A stretch of DNA of 64,000 nt from an uncultured Marinoscillum sp. (GTDB lineage: Bacteria; Bacteroidota; Bacteroidia; Cytophagales; MED-G16), in contig CAZKLB010000001.1 in NCBI GenBank assembly GCA_964553685.1, positions 83,952 to 147,951 of the forward strand. Direction: 5' to 3'. Below the pieces are notes generated by a model. It made no database searches and was not told where the DNA came from. It saw nothing but the letters and a program-made list of their open reading frames with translations. Both the position numbers and the translations under genes were made by a program. Shown here piece by piece: positions 9,815-19,026 of the stretch. Within the stretch, counting starts at the first letter, position 1. Each line of letters opens with the position of its first letter.

Positions 9815-11143
9815 ATGAAAAGAAAGAAAACGGATACCATTATAATTGGTGCTGGAATTTCGGGGTTGAGTACAGCTCATTTTTTATCAAAAAAAAACTC
9901 TCAATTTTTAGTATTAGAATCTAGTGATAGGGTTGGAGGAATAATTCAATCAAAAAAGATCAAGGAATTTATTTGTGAGATGGGTCCAAATACAGTTCTG
10001 CTAAACAATGATTCAATTATTCAAATAGTGAAGGATTTAAATTTATCGGAAATGCTTATTTTTCCTAATAAAGAAAATAACAAGGGAAGATATGTATACA
10101 ATGATGGTAAAATAGAAAAGATACCATTAAAAGTTTTAGATTTTCTTAAATCAAATTTGATATCATTTAAATCTAAAATTCTACTATTAAAAGAGCTTTT
10201 TATTAAAAAACACAAAGAAGATACTTCTGTATATAAATTCATAAAAAAAAGGTTTGGAAAGGAAATTCATGACAAATTAATAGAGCCTTTTTTGTCAGGT
10301 GTCTATGCTGGAGATACAAGAAAAATGAGCACAAAATATGCCCTGAAAATATTATGGAAACTAGAACAAACCTATGGAAGTATTATAAAAGGTAGTTTTT
10401 TATCATCTAAAAGTAGTCCAAAATCATTTACATTTCCTGGAGGTCAGGAATATATGATTAATAAAATTTATATGATTTTAAAGAAAAGAATAATACTGAA
10501 TTCTAGCGTTACTTTAATAAGAAAAATCCACAATTCTTATGAGGTTTATACTAAAGACGGAAAAAAATATCTTTGTAAAAATATAGTTTCAACTGTCCCA
10601 TCTTATGTTTTAGAGAAAATTATTGGTGATCATCATTTAAAATCTGAGTTGAAAAATATTAATTATAATCCTATTGATGTATTTCATTTTGGATTTAAGA
10701 AAAAAAATATAATGAAAAAACTAGATGGTTTTGGAATTTTAACTAAGCCAAGTGATAATAAAAATTTTTTAGGAATTCTTTTTAATTCAAGTATTTTTAA
10801 ACACCTATCTTCAGAGGAATGTGAATTATTCACTGTTTTAGTTGGAGGAGAAAAACAAAAACATCTTTGCTCTATGGAGATAAATGAATTAAAAGCAAAA
10901 GTTTTAAAGGAAGTCGAATCCATTTTTAATCATCAAGGTGAGACTTCTTTACAGCATCATTATAGATGGGAAAAAGGGATTCCACAATATAATTTAAATC
11001 ACGGGAAACTGAATTCCTGTATCCAAAAGTTTATGACTGAAAATAAAAATTTTTTTATAACAGGTAATTATGTTAATGGAGTTTCTGTTAGCGACTGTAT
11101 CCATAAAGGGAAAGAAATAGCTGATGAAATATTAACTAATTAA
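9815..11143 (+). CDS. hemY: Protoporphyrinogen oxidase, FAD-dependent (HemY/PPOX type)
   Basis: Evidence: TIIIGAGISGLS dinucleotide fold, about 450 aa, last gene of the heme operon. The ATG at 9815 (MKRKK..) lies 2 nt after the hemH stop. The track start at 9785 overlaps hemH. Confidence 0.8.
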   Translation: MKRKKTDTIIIGAGISGLSTAHFLSKKNSQFLVLESSDRVGGIIQSKKIKEFICEMGPNTVLLNNDSIIQIVKDLNLSEMLIFPNKENNKGRYVYNDGKIEKIPLKVLDFLKSNLISFKSKILLLKELFIKKHKEDTSVYKFIKKRFGKEIHDKLIEPFLSGVYAGDTRKMSTKYALKILWKLEQTYGSIIKGSFLSSKSSPKSFTFPGGQEYMINKIYMILKKRIILNSSVTLIRKIHNSYEVYTKDGKKYLCKNIVSTVPSYVLEKIIGDHHLKSELKNINYNPIDVFHFGFKKKNIMKKLDGFGILTKPSDNKNFLGILFNSSIFKHLSSEECELFTVLVGGEKQKHLCSMEINELKAKVLKEVESIFNHQGETSLQHHYRWEKGIPQYNLNHGKLNSCIQKFMTENKNFFITGNYVNGVSVSDCIHKGKEIADEILTN

Positions 11144-11741
11144 AATTAGTCACACCCTCATTTGGTTGGTAGGTATAATTAAATGAATAGTATTGAGACT
11201 CGTGTAGTAATGCATTTGGAACATCAGGCGAGTCTTTATAATAACTTGTAATCATCATTTTTGCATACCTTCCATTGTGTGTTTTAAATATTAGAGTTCG
11301 TCCAGCTCTAGGAGTAATCACGTGACTTTGAAAATCATAATCATACCAACCTTTACCACTTCCAATTGGTATAGCCTTTTCAGATTCTGAGTCTTGTTTC
11401 ACTTTACCCTCATCAATAGATTTTATACTTCCATAATTTCCTGTTTCAACATAACCTCCTCCTAGACCTGATCGGCTTGGTTCATCGGATGAGCCTGAAA
11501 ATCCTCCATTTACTAAGATTGTTGTCCCTCTTAATGCAATATCCCAATTATCATCTTCAACTATTTTTTGTTCTGAAAAGCTAAATTTTACAAATTTTCC
11601 TGCTGCTGGTTGTCCGGGGCTCGAAGTTGTGGGGGCATGTAAGTTGTTTATTATCATGGCCTCCATAGGAATAATAACGGGAGCATCTTCAGTACACGAA
11701 ATAAGAAAAATAGATAATATGTATATAAAAAAAATTCTCAT
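11136..11741 (-). CDS. HmuY-like lipoprotein (putative hemophore/heme-binding protein)
   Basis: Evidence: lipobox LISC. The blocks FVKFSFSEQKIVEDDNWDIALRGTTILVNGG and GWYDYDF..H...RTLIFKTHNGRYAKMMITSYY...YSFNYTY parallel P. gingivalis HmuY (WQYFSFSKGEVV..NWDMALHRYDVRLNCG; GGWLEFSH..RVFFVRGADGNIAKVQFTDY..ITFTYTY), recalled from memory. It lies directly downstream of a TonB-dependent receptor. Confidence 0.6.
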   Translation of the reverse strand: MRIFFIYILSIFLISCTEDAPVIIPMEAMIINNLHAPTTSSPGQPAAGKFVKFSFSEQKIVEDDNWDIALRGTTILVNGGFSGSSDEPSRSGLGGGYVETGNYGSIKSIDEGKVKQDSESEKAIPIGSGKGWYDYDFQSHVITPRAGRTLIFKTHNGRYAKMMITSYYKDSPDVPNALLHESQYYSFNYTYQPNEGVTNFN

Positions 11742-11791
11742 AGATTATTATTTCATTTTAAATTATACCGCGATTCTTTATTTTCCAAATA

Positions 11792-13879
11792 TTATCTCTT
11801 ATAAATTAATTTAAGGCCTATTCTTCTTCCAGGGTTATTAGTTAAATTTTCTTCGTCTTTGTATCCTGTCAAATTTCTGATTATTACTTGTCCATCTAAA
11901 TTTTTTGTTAGTTTTTTATTAGCGGTTAAATTTATTAAAACATGTCCTGCTATAAAATCATCATAGGTGTCAAGATAAGTATTATTATTAGTATCAATTA
12001 AACCAAACTTACTCATATAAATAGCTCTTAAGTATAGTTTGCTATTTATTTTTCTAATATTAACTGTTCCTTTAATATTAAATTGATGTCGTGATCTATT
12101 AAATAGACCAAAATAGTTTGAGGTTTTTAGTAAAAATGATTGTTTGGTTTTTTTGTCTCTTGCATATACTAAATCATTTTGAAATTCACTTACTACATCA
12201 TTATCTTTAGCATACAATAACTGATATCCTAAATCGATATGCAAGTTTTTATTTAGCATCAAACCAGATGAAAATTCAAGTCCAGTTGTAAATGAACGCT
12301 TTACATTTCTATATGAAAAAATACTTTGACCGTTGGTTTTTCTTCCTACAATATTTGCCTCGATCAGATTGTCAATATTATTCCTAAATAAATTAATTTT
12401 TAAAGGAAGATAAGGAGATAAATAATATTGTATGCCTAAATTATAGCTTTGAGAATTTTCGGGTTTAAGGATTGTTGATTCAGGCTTATCGAAATATATT
12501 ATTTCATTACTATTATTTAGTTTATTTATTGTTTCTTCTAAGATATTTGACCCTAACACAATGTATCCGGATTGACTGTTTGTAAAATTTAAATACATTT
12601 GTCTAAAGTCAGGAGCTTTAAACCCGTAGCCTAAAGATCCATTAATATGTATTTTTTCATTCAGGTAATATTTAAAAGATAATTTTGGACTTAGTTTCGA
12701 TTCATATTCTTTTTGATCATCATACCTAATTCCTGAGACAATATTTAGTTTTTCATTTAGTTTCCAATCACTTTGAAAAAAATAAAAAGAAGATTTTATG
12801 GAAGGCTTATTTTCAATATTAGTTCTATCAAGCATTTCATGGTTAACTCCAGTACCTATATCAAAAGAAATATTATCTTGTGTTTTTGATACTCTAAACT
12901 CGAGTCTATTTAATGTTTGGTCAAAATGACTTTTTAAAAGTATTGTTTGTAAATTATCAATTGATGTTAATGACTCTTTATTTAAATAGTTTGTTCTATA
13001 TATATCAAAAAATGTTTTGATATTATTTTTAAAGTACTTCTCATATTTAACATATAAATTTTTTTCACTAATTTCTGAAAGAGGATTTTCCCCGTATCCT
13101 GTGATAAACGTATTTGCATTTCTCTTCTCTAGAAAAGTTCTGAATTTTATTCTTAATTTTCCGGACTTATTAAAATTCCTAGTCAAATCTATATCTCCAC
13201 TAAAGTTTTTGAAAGGCTTAACTGTAATGTCATTGTCATCATCAATCAGATCATATCCCTTTGTTGAATAATAATTTAAAAATGATTTTACTTTTAAGTT
13301 CTTAAAATTATAAGTCAGATCTGAATTTAAATCATGAGTATTTGATGATCCATAATAATATGATAAATTAGGAGTGAATCCCTTTTTATTATTTGCGCTA
13401 GAAATAATATTAATTATTCCACCAATTGCCTCAGAGCCATGTAAACTAGAGGATGCGCCCTTGATAACTTCAATTCTATCAATAGAGCCAACAGAAACTC
13501 TAGACAAATCAAAATCTCCAGCTACTCTTCCAATTAATGGTAATCCGTCAAGTAAAATTAAAATATAATCTGACTCAATCCCTTGTAATTGTATTCCTTC
13601 TCCTCCACTAAAAGTTGGTTTTGTTGTAATCCCAATTTGTTCACTTAAGATTTGATTTAATTTTATTTGACCACTGTTAATAACTTCTTCTTTATCAATT
13701 ATAATAGCCGGAACAGTTAAGCTGATTAGGGGCTTTTCAGTTTTTGTCGCGCTAATTACCAATTCCTTCATTTGGATAGTTAGAATTGTATCACTTTCTT
13801 GACATTTTAAGGGATATACTATGTTTAGAAAAAATAATATAGTAAAAGAGGTTTTTATAAAGAATTTAAAATTTTTCAT
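11792..13879 (-). CDS. TonB-dependent outer-membrane receptor (HmuR-like by context)
   Basis: Evidence: signal peptide, plug-domain motif IEVIKGASSSLHGSEAIGGIINII, and a beta-barrel-type alternating sequence of 695 aa. A heme substrate is inferred only from the HmuY-like neighbour. Confidence 0.85.
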   Translation of the reverse strand: MKNFKFFIKTSFTILFFLNIVYPLKCQESDTILTIQMKELVISATKTEKPLISLTVPAIIIDKEEVINSGQIKLNQILSEQIGITTKPTFSGGEGIQLQGIESDYILILLDGLPLIGRVAGDFDLSRVSVGSIDRIEVIKGASSSLHGSEAIGGIINIISSANNKKGFTPNLSYYYGSSNTHDLNSDLTYNFKNLKVKSFLNYYSTKGYDLIDDDNDITVKPFKNFSGDIDLTRNFNKSGKLRIKFRTFLEKRNANTFITGYGENPLSEISEKNLYVKYEKYFKNNIKTFFDIYRTNYLNKESLTSIDNLQTILLKSHFDQTLNRLEFRVSKTQDNISFDIGTGVNHEMLDRTNIENKPSIKSSFYFFQSDWKLNEKLNIVSGIRYDDQKEYESKLSPKLSFKYYLNEKIHINGSLGYGFKAPDFRQMYLNFTNSQSGYIVLGSNILEETINKLNNSNEIIYFDKPESTILKPENSQSYNLGIQYYLSPYLPLKINLFRNNIDNLIEANIVGRKTNGQSIFSYRNVKRSFTTGLEFSSGLMLNKNLHIDLGYQLLYAKDNDVVSEFQNDLVYARDKKTKQSFLLKTSNYFGLFNRSRHQFNIKGTVNIRKINSKLYLRAIYMSKFGLIDTNNNTYLDTYDDFIAGHVLINLTANKKLTKNLDGQVIIRNLTGYKDEENLTNNPGRRIGLKLIYKR

Positions 13880-13889
13880 TTTAAAAACA

Positions 13890-13908
13890 ATTATCTTGTG
13901 AAGATAAT
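13890..13908. promoter_or_regulatory. Perfect 8-3-8 palindrome ATTATCTT-GTG-AAGATAAT in a 37-bp divergent spacer (possible metalloregulator operator)
   Basis: Read directly from the sequence. It contains inverted ATTATC/GATAAT hexamers, the building block of classical Fur boxes. It is centred between the start codons at 13879 (-) and 13917 (+). Confidence 0.3.
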
Positions 13909-13916
13909 CCCAAAAA

Positions 13917-14624
13917 ATGAAAATAATTAATTTAATTTCTGGACCTAGAAATTTATCAACAGCATTGATGTATTCTTTCTCGCAAAGGCCTGATACTAAA
14001 GTAATTGATGAACCTTTTTATGCACATTATCTTTTTACAACAGGTATTGATCATCCAGGTAGATCCGCAACGCTTCAAAGTATGTCGACAGATATAAATA
14101 AGGTTCTAAAAAAAATATATGAGGTAGATAATTGTAAAATTTTATTTTTAAAAAACATGGCTCATCACCATCAAAATATGGACTTAAATTTTTTAGAGAG
14201 TATGACTAACTTATTTCTAGTCAGAAATCCTAAACAGCTAATTGCTTCTTTTGCCCAAGTTATCAAATTTCCTACTATGAAAGACATAGGCTTAAAAAAG
14301 TCTTGGGAACTATTTAAAATGATAAAACATCAAAACCCTGTTGTTCTTGATTCATCAGAAATTTTAAAAAACCCTAGAGAATTACTTATTCAATTGTGTC
14401 AAAAACTTGATATTGAATATTTTGATGAAATGTTAAAATGGCCAAAGGGTGGAATAAAAGAAGATGGTGCTTGGGCAAAATATTGGTATAAAAATGTACA
14501 TAATTCATCTGGTTTCTCTAAACAAAAAACGAGTAGTAGAGAGCTTCCAATTGAATGTGAAAGTCTTTATATTGAGTCTTTAAAATATTATGATAAATTA
14601 AAAACAAATTCAATAACTATATAA
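13917..14624 (+). CDS. Sulfotransferase-fold protein of unknown substrate
   Basis: SGPRNLSTAL resembles the 5'-PSB loop (PRSGST-like) and LVRNPKQLIASF resembles the RxPxxxxxS 3'-PB motif of PAPS sulfotransferases. The family call is by motif only. Confidence 0.55.
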   Translation: MKIINLISGPRNLSTALMYSFSQRPDTKVIDEPFYAHYLFTTGIDHPGRSATLQSMSTDINKVLKKIYEVDNCKILFLKNMAHHHQNMDLNFLESMTNLFLVRNPKQLIASFAQVIKFPTMKDIGLKKSWELFKMIKHQNPVVLDSSEILKNPRELLIQLCQKLDIEYFDEMLKWPKGGIKEDGAWAKYWYKNVHNSSGFSKQKTSSRELPIECESLYIESLKYYDKLKTNSITI

Positions 14625-15517
14625 TGCTACAAGAGTATAATCCAAAAAACGAAAATATTTTTATCCATGTTGGAGGCGAACTTCTTCCAAGAAAAAAAGC
14701 AAAAGTTTCAGTTTTTGATAGTATAGTTCAAAATGGAGACGGTGTTTGGGAAGGGTTAAGAGTTTACCCTGAGGGAATAGTTTGTTATGATAAACACCTT
14801 ACTAGATTACAGGAGGGTGCTCACGCGCTAGCTTATGAAGGGATACCTTCAAAAGAAGAAATTAAAAAAGCAATTAAGGAAACACTTGATGCTAATGGAA
14901 TGAATACAGACACACACATTAGATTAACATTGACAAGGGGCGAAAAGGTAACATCTGGTATGGATTCAAGATTAAATCAAAATGGTTGTTGTTTAATTGT
15001 TCTTGCAGAGTGGAAAAAGAAAGTTTATGATTTCTCAAAGGGTATAAGGGCAATAAGTTCTTCGATTAGAAGAAGTATTCCGGCATTTTTAGATTCTAAG
15101 ATTCATCATAATAATATGATGAGTTTGGTTATTGCAAAAATTCAAGCTAATATATCCGGATATGATGCTGCAGTAATGTTAGATGATAGAGGGTTCGTCG
15201 CTGAGTTAAATGACACTAATTTATTTATGGTGAAGGATGGGATGGTACAAACACCATATGCTCATGCCTGTTTGCCTGGTATTACTAGGCAAACATTTAT
15301 TGATCTATTCAAAGAGAATAAAATTTCAGTGGAAGAAAGAGACCTTACTCTAGTTGAATTCATTAATGCCGATTTAGTTTTTGCAACTGGAACAAATGGA
15401 GAGATTACACCAGTTTCTGAGATTGATGGAAGAAATATAAAATGTGATAAAGCATTTCTAAATAATATAAAGAATTTGTTTGAATCAAAACTCCCATCGC
15501 TATGCGAGGAGTTATGA
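14624..15517 (+). CDS. Class IV (fold type IV) PLP aminotransferase (BCAT / D-amino-acid AT / ADC-lyase family)
   Basis: Motifs: SVFDSIVQNGDGVWEGLRVY, RLTLTRG, FLDSKIHHNN (Lys), FVAELNDTNLFMV, LPGITRQ. TAATG overlap with the upstream gene. Substrate is not assignable. Confidence 0.8.
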   Translation: MLQEYNPKNENIFIHVGGELLPRKKAKVSVFDSIVQNGDGVWEGLRVYPEGIVCYDKHLTRLQEGAHALAYEGIPSKEEIKKAIKETLDANGMNTDTHIRLTLTRGEKVTSGMDSRLNQNGCCLIVLAEWKKKVYDFSKGIRAISSSIRRSIPAFLDSKIHHNNMMSLVIAKIQANISGYDAAVMLDDRGFVAELNDTNLFMVKDGMVQTPYAHACLPGITRQTFIDLFKENKISVEERDLTLVEFINADLVFATGTNGEITPVSEIDGRNIKCDKAFLNNIKNLFESKLPSLCEEL

Positions 15518-16036
15518 TTTAATGTGATGGTGCCATAAAATAATTCCAAGCGATATGGCTACATTAAAGGAATGTTTCGTTCCAAATTGTGGGATTTCAA
15601 CTGCAGAATCAGCGCAATTAAGAGCTTTATCAGAAACACCAAAAACTTCATTTCCAAATACAAATGCATACTTGTCATTTTTTGAAGATTTAAATTCTTC
15701 TAGGCTTAAGCTTTTATTTGTTTGTTCTACTAACACAATTTTCCATTTCTGTTTTTTCAATTTTTTTTCAATTTTTGAAATGCAGCTAATGTATTCCCAA
15801 TCAACAGATTCTGTGGCTCCAAGAGCAGTTCTCTCTATATCTTTATTAGGGGGGACTCCAGTAATACCAGTCAGATATATTTTTTTTACAAGAAAAGCAT
15901 CTGCTGTCCTGAAGCATGATCCAACATTATTCAAGCTTCTTAATCCGTCAAGAATTATTATAATATCTCTTTTTTTCTTACTTCTAAACTCATTAACTTC
16001 AATTCTTTTTAGGTCTTCAATGCTAGTTTTTTTCAC
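15512..16036 (-). CDS. SpoU/TrmH-family RNA 2'-O-methyltransferase
   Basis: Motifs: LDGLRSLNNVGSCFRTADAF, FVFGNEVFGVS, IPQFGTKHSFNVAISLGI, which are SPOUT motifs 1-3. Confidence 0.85.
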   Translation of the reverse strand: MKKTSIEDLKRIEVNEFRSKKKRDIIIILDGLRSLNNVGSCFRTADAFLVKKIYLTGITGVPPNKDIERTALGATESVDWEYISCISKIEKKLKKQKWKIVLVEQTNKSLSLEEFKSSKNDKYAFVFGNEVFGVSDKALNCADSAVEIPQFGTKHSFNVAISLGIILWHHHIKS

Positions 16037-16184
16037 AAGTATTAATTTCTTTTAATAATTGAAGATTTAAATTTAATACTTTATCTCTTCTGGTAGTATT
16101 CTTTTTTTTTTCAGATACTTTTCCCATATTTAGTTAGTTCAAAACTTAGGTAAATTAACTAAAAAATAATAATATAATAATCAC

Positions 16185-18779
16185 ATGAAATCTAGAGATG
16201 TTAAGGAAACTCCTTTAATGCGACAGTATAATGATATAAAATCCAAACATCCCGATGCAATATTATTATTCAGAGTTGGAGATTTTTATGAGACATTTGG
16301 TTCGGATGCTATTTTATCAAGTAAAATACTTGGTATTGTACTTACAAAAAGATCAAATGGAGCTGCTTCACATGTAGAACTTGCAGGTTTTCCACATCAT
16401 TCACTTGAAACTTATCTTCCTAAGCTGGTTAAGGCTGGTTGTAGGGTGGCTGTTTGTGATCAACTTGAAGACCCAAAGAAATCAAAAGGAATAGTAAAAA
16501 GAGGGATAACAGAATTAGTCACACCAGGAGTTTCTCTTAATGATGCGGTTTTAAATTCATCTCAAAATAATTTTCTTGCGTCTATTCAAAAAAATGGAGA
16601 TGTTTTTGGTGTCTCATTTCTAGATATATCTACTGGTGAATTTCTTCTTACAGATTGTGACTTCAATGAATTAGAAAAACTTTTAAACACTTATTCACCT
16701 TCAGAAATTTTATGTTCAAAAAGGGATAAGAATTTTATAGAAGATAAATTATTTAATCTTAACTTTTTTTATATCGATGATTGGGTTTATAAAGTTGGAT
16801 ATGCCTACGATAAATTGTTATCTTTTTTCAGAGTAAAAAATTTAAGGGGTTTTGGAATCGATTCTGAACAAAATGGTATCGTTTCTGCTGGAGCAATACT
16901 CTTTTATCTAGAATTAACTGAACATAATAATTTATCTAATATAACCTCAATTTCTAGAATCGATAGTAGTATGTATATGTGGTTAGATAAGTTTACAATT
17001 AAAAATTTAGAACTTGTAAGCCCTTTACACGAAAACTCTAAAACTCTAAAAGATTCAATAGATTTTACAAAGACACCTATGGGTTCAAGACTTATATCTA
17101 GGTGGATTTTATCTCCATTATTAGACAAAAGTAAAATTAGGAAAAGGCAAAATTTTGTGGGGTCATTTTTAGAAAATAATAAACTCAGAAAATCTGTTTC
17201 TTTAACATTGAGTGAAATCTCTGATATAGAAAGAATATCATCAAAGGTAGCACATAGAAGAGTTATGCCTAAAGAGCTCAATTCTTTAAAAAATTCCTTA
17301 ATAAGTGTTAGTGAAATTAAACTTCAAATAAAACACATGGGCTCTAAAAATCTAAAGGATTGGGCATCAGAAATAAAACCGTTTGGAAATATTATACAGT
17401 TTATAGATGATTCAATAAATGTAGATGCTTCTACATCCATATCATCTGGTAATGTGATTAAAGAAAAATTCAATGAGGAATTAGATGAATTAAGGAATAT
17501 TGCCTCTTCAGGAAAGCGAATCTTATTAGAAATACAAAGGAATGAAATAAAAAAAACAAAAATTAGCTCTCTTAAAGTAGCATATAATAAAGTCTTTGGA
17601 TACTATTTAGAGGTAACTAATGCACATAAAGATAAAGTCCCAAAATCATGGATAAGAAAGCAAACACTTGTAAGTTCCGAGAGATATATAACTGAAGAGC
17701 TAAAACAACATGAAGAAAAAATTTTAAATGCAGAGGAAAAAATACTCTATTTAGAAAACAAATTGTATGAGGAGGTTATTGAAACATTATCCAAAGAAAT
17801 AAATATACTTCAGGAAGTTTCTGTCTCAATAGCATTTATTGATTGCATTATTTCGTTTGCTGATTTAGCTTCATCGTCTAACTTTTCTAAACCTGAAATT
17901 AATGACAGTAATGTAATTGATATTAAAAAAGGAAGACATCTAATAATTGAAAGTTCATTAGATCATGACGAGGTTTATATCCCAAACGATATTTTTCTTG
18001 ATAATAGGTCTCAACAAATTATTATAATTACTGGGCCAAATATGTCAGGAAAGTCAGCAATAATTAGACAAGTAGCATTAATAGTTTTATTGGCTCAAAT
18101 TGGTTCTTATGTTCCGTCCAAATCCTCAAAAATTGGAATAGTGGATAAAATTTTTACAAGAGTGGGTGCTTCAGATAATATATCTAGAGGAGAGTCAACA
18201 TTTATGGTTGAAATGATTGAGACATCTAGCATTATGAATAACCTTACAGATAGAAGCTTGGTTTTAATGGATGAGATTGGAAGAGGAACAAGTACATATG
18301 ATGGAATTTCAATTGCTTGGTCTATAGTTGAATATTTACATAATCAAAGAAGCAATAGGCCTAAAACATTATTTGCAACGCATTACCATGAACTTAATCA
18401 GATATCAAAAAAGTTAGATAGAGTAAAAAACTTTAATGTGTCTGTTAAAGAAATTAATAATGAGATAATATTTCTTAGAAAATTAATGCCTGGTGGGTCT
18501 GAGCATAGCTTTGGTATCAACGTTGCCCAATTAGCTGGTATGCCTAATGAAATACTTATTAGAGCATATGAAATTTTATCTCATCTAGAATCTAACAATC
18601 TTCAAAAAAATGCTAAGAAACAACTTCGAATTCCTCTTGGTTTAAAAAATGAAAGAATAAATAGAAAAGAGTTAGATGAAATAAAAAAAATTATAAAGAA
18701 AATTGACATAAATAATATCAATCCAGTACAAGCACTTGTAAAGCTTAATGAAATTATACAGATTATAAATTCAAAATAA
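16185..18779 (+). CDS. mutS: DNA mismatch repair protein MutS
   Basis: Motifs: TPLMRQY, GDFYETF mismatch-binding motif, GPNMSGKS Walker A, MDEIGRGTSTYDG, THYHEL. Confidence 0.95.
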   Translation: MKSRDVKETPLMRQYNDIKSKHPDAILLFRVGDFYETFGSDAILSSKILGIVLTKRSNGAASHVELAGFPHHSLETYLPKLVKAGCRVAVCDQLEDPKKSKGIVKRGITELVTPGVSLNDAVLNSSQNNFLASIQKNGDVFGVSFLDISTGEFLLTDCDFNELEKLLNTYSPSEILCSKRDKNFIEDKLFNLNFFYIDDWVYKVGYAYDKLLSFFRVKNLRGFGIDSEQNGIVSAGAILFYLELTEHNNLSNITSISRIDSSMYMWLDKFTIKNLELVSPLHENSKTLKDSIDFTKTPMGSRLISRWILSPLLDKSKIRKRQNFVGSFLENNKLRKSVSLTLSEISDIERISSKVAHRRVMPKELNSLKNSLISVSEIKLQIKHMGSKNLKDWASEIKPFGNIIQFIDDSINVDASTSISSGNVIKEKFNEELDELRNIASSGKRILLEIQRNEIKKTKISSLKVAYNKVFGYYLEVTNAHKDKVPKSWIRKQTLVSSERYITEELKQHEEKILNAEEKILYLENKLYEEVIETLSKEINILQEVSVSIAFIDCIISFADLASSSNFSKPEINDSNVIDIKKGRHLIIESSLDHDEVYIPNDIFLDNRSQQIIIITGPNMSGKSAIIRQVALIVLLAQIGSYVPSKSSKIGIVDKIFTRVGASDNISRGESTFMVEMIETSSIMNNLTDRSLVLMDEIGRGTSTYDGISIAWSIVEYLHNQRSNRPKTLFATHYHELNQISKKLDRVKNFNVSVKEINNEIIFLRKLMPGGSEHSFGINVAQLAGMPNEILIRAYEILSHLESNNLQKNAKKQLRIPLGLKNERINRKELDEIKKIIKKIDINNINPVQALVKLNEIIQIINSK

Positions 18780-18804
18780 AAATATTAATTTCTTAATTTT
18801 TAGG

Positions 18805-18834
18805 TTGATTTTATATGATAGGATTATAAATTTG
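18805..18834 (+). promoter_or_regulatory. Promoter of the tRNA-Gly/tRNA-Leu operon (TTG-N19-TAAATTTG)
   Basis: TTG at 18805-18807 and TAaaTTTG at 18827-18834 are an exact match to the Bacteroidetes -33/-7 consensus with 19-nt spacing, 20 nt upstream of tRNA-Gly. Confidence 0.5.
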
Positions 18835-18853
18835 CGATCTTTGAATAACATAA

Positions 18854-18926
18854 GCGAGAATAGCTCAGTTGGTAGAGCACAACCTTGCCAAGGTTGGGGT
18901 CGTGGGTTCGAATCCCATTTCTCGCT
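18854..18926 (+). tRNA. tRNA-Gly (anticodon GCC)
   Basis: Hand-folded cloverleaf: acceptor GCGAGAA/TTCTCGC, D arm GCTC-AGTTGGTA-GAGC, anticodon arm CAACC-TTGCCAA-GGTTG, T arm GTGGG-TTCGAAT-CCCAT, discriminator T. No encoded CCA. Confidence 0.93.
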
Positions 18927-18936
18927 CTTCCTTTTT

Positions 18937-19022
18937 GCCCGGATGGTGGAATTGGTAGACACGCAGGACTTAAAATCCTGTGGACCTTATAGTCCGTGTG
19001 GGTTCAAGTCCCACTCCGGGTA
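18937..19022 (+). tRNA. tRNA-Leu (anticodon UAA), class II with long variable arm
   Basis: Hand-folded: acceptor GCCCGGA/TCCGGGT, anticodon arm CAGGA-CTTAAAA-TCCTG, long variable arm, T arm GTGGG-TTCAAGT-CCCAC. Confidence 0.93.
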
Positions 19023-19026
19023 CTAT

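Noticed and set aside
15555-16055. 166-aa plus-strand ORF almost exactly antisense to the SpoU methyltransferase gene
   Set aside because: The minus-strand product has all three SPOUT motifs. The plus-strand translation is low-complexity (F/S/L-rich), as expected for the mirror frame of a K/E/N-rich AT-rich gene.
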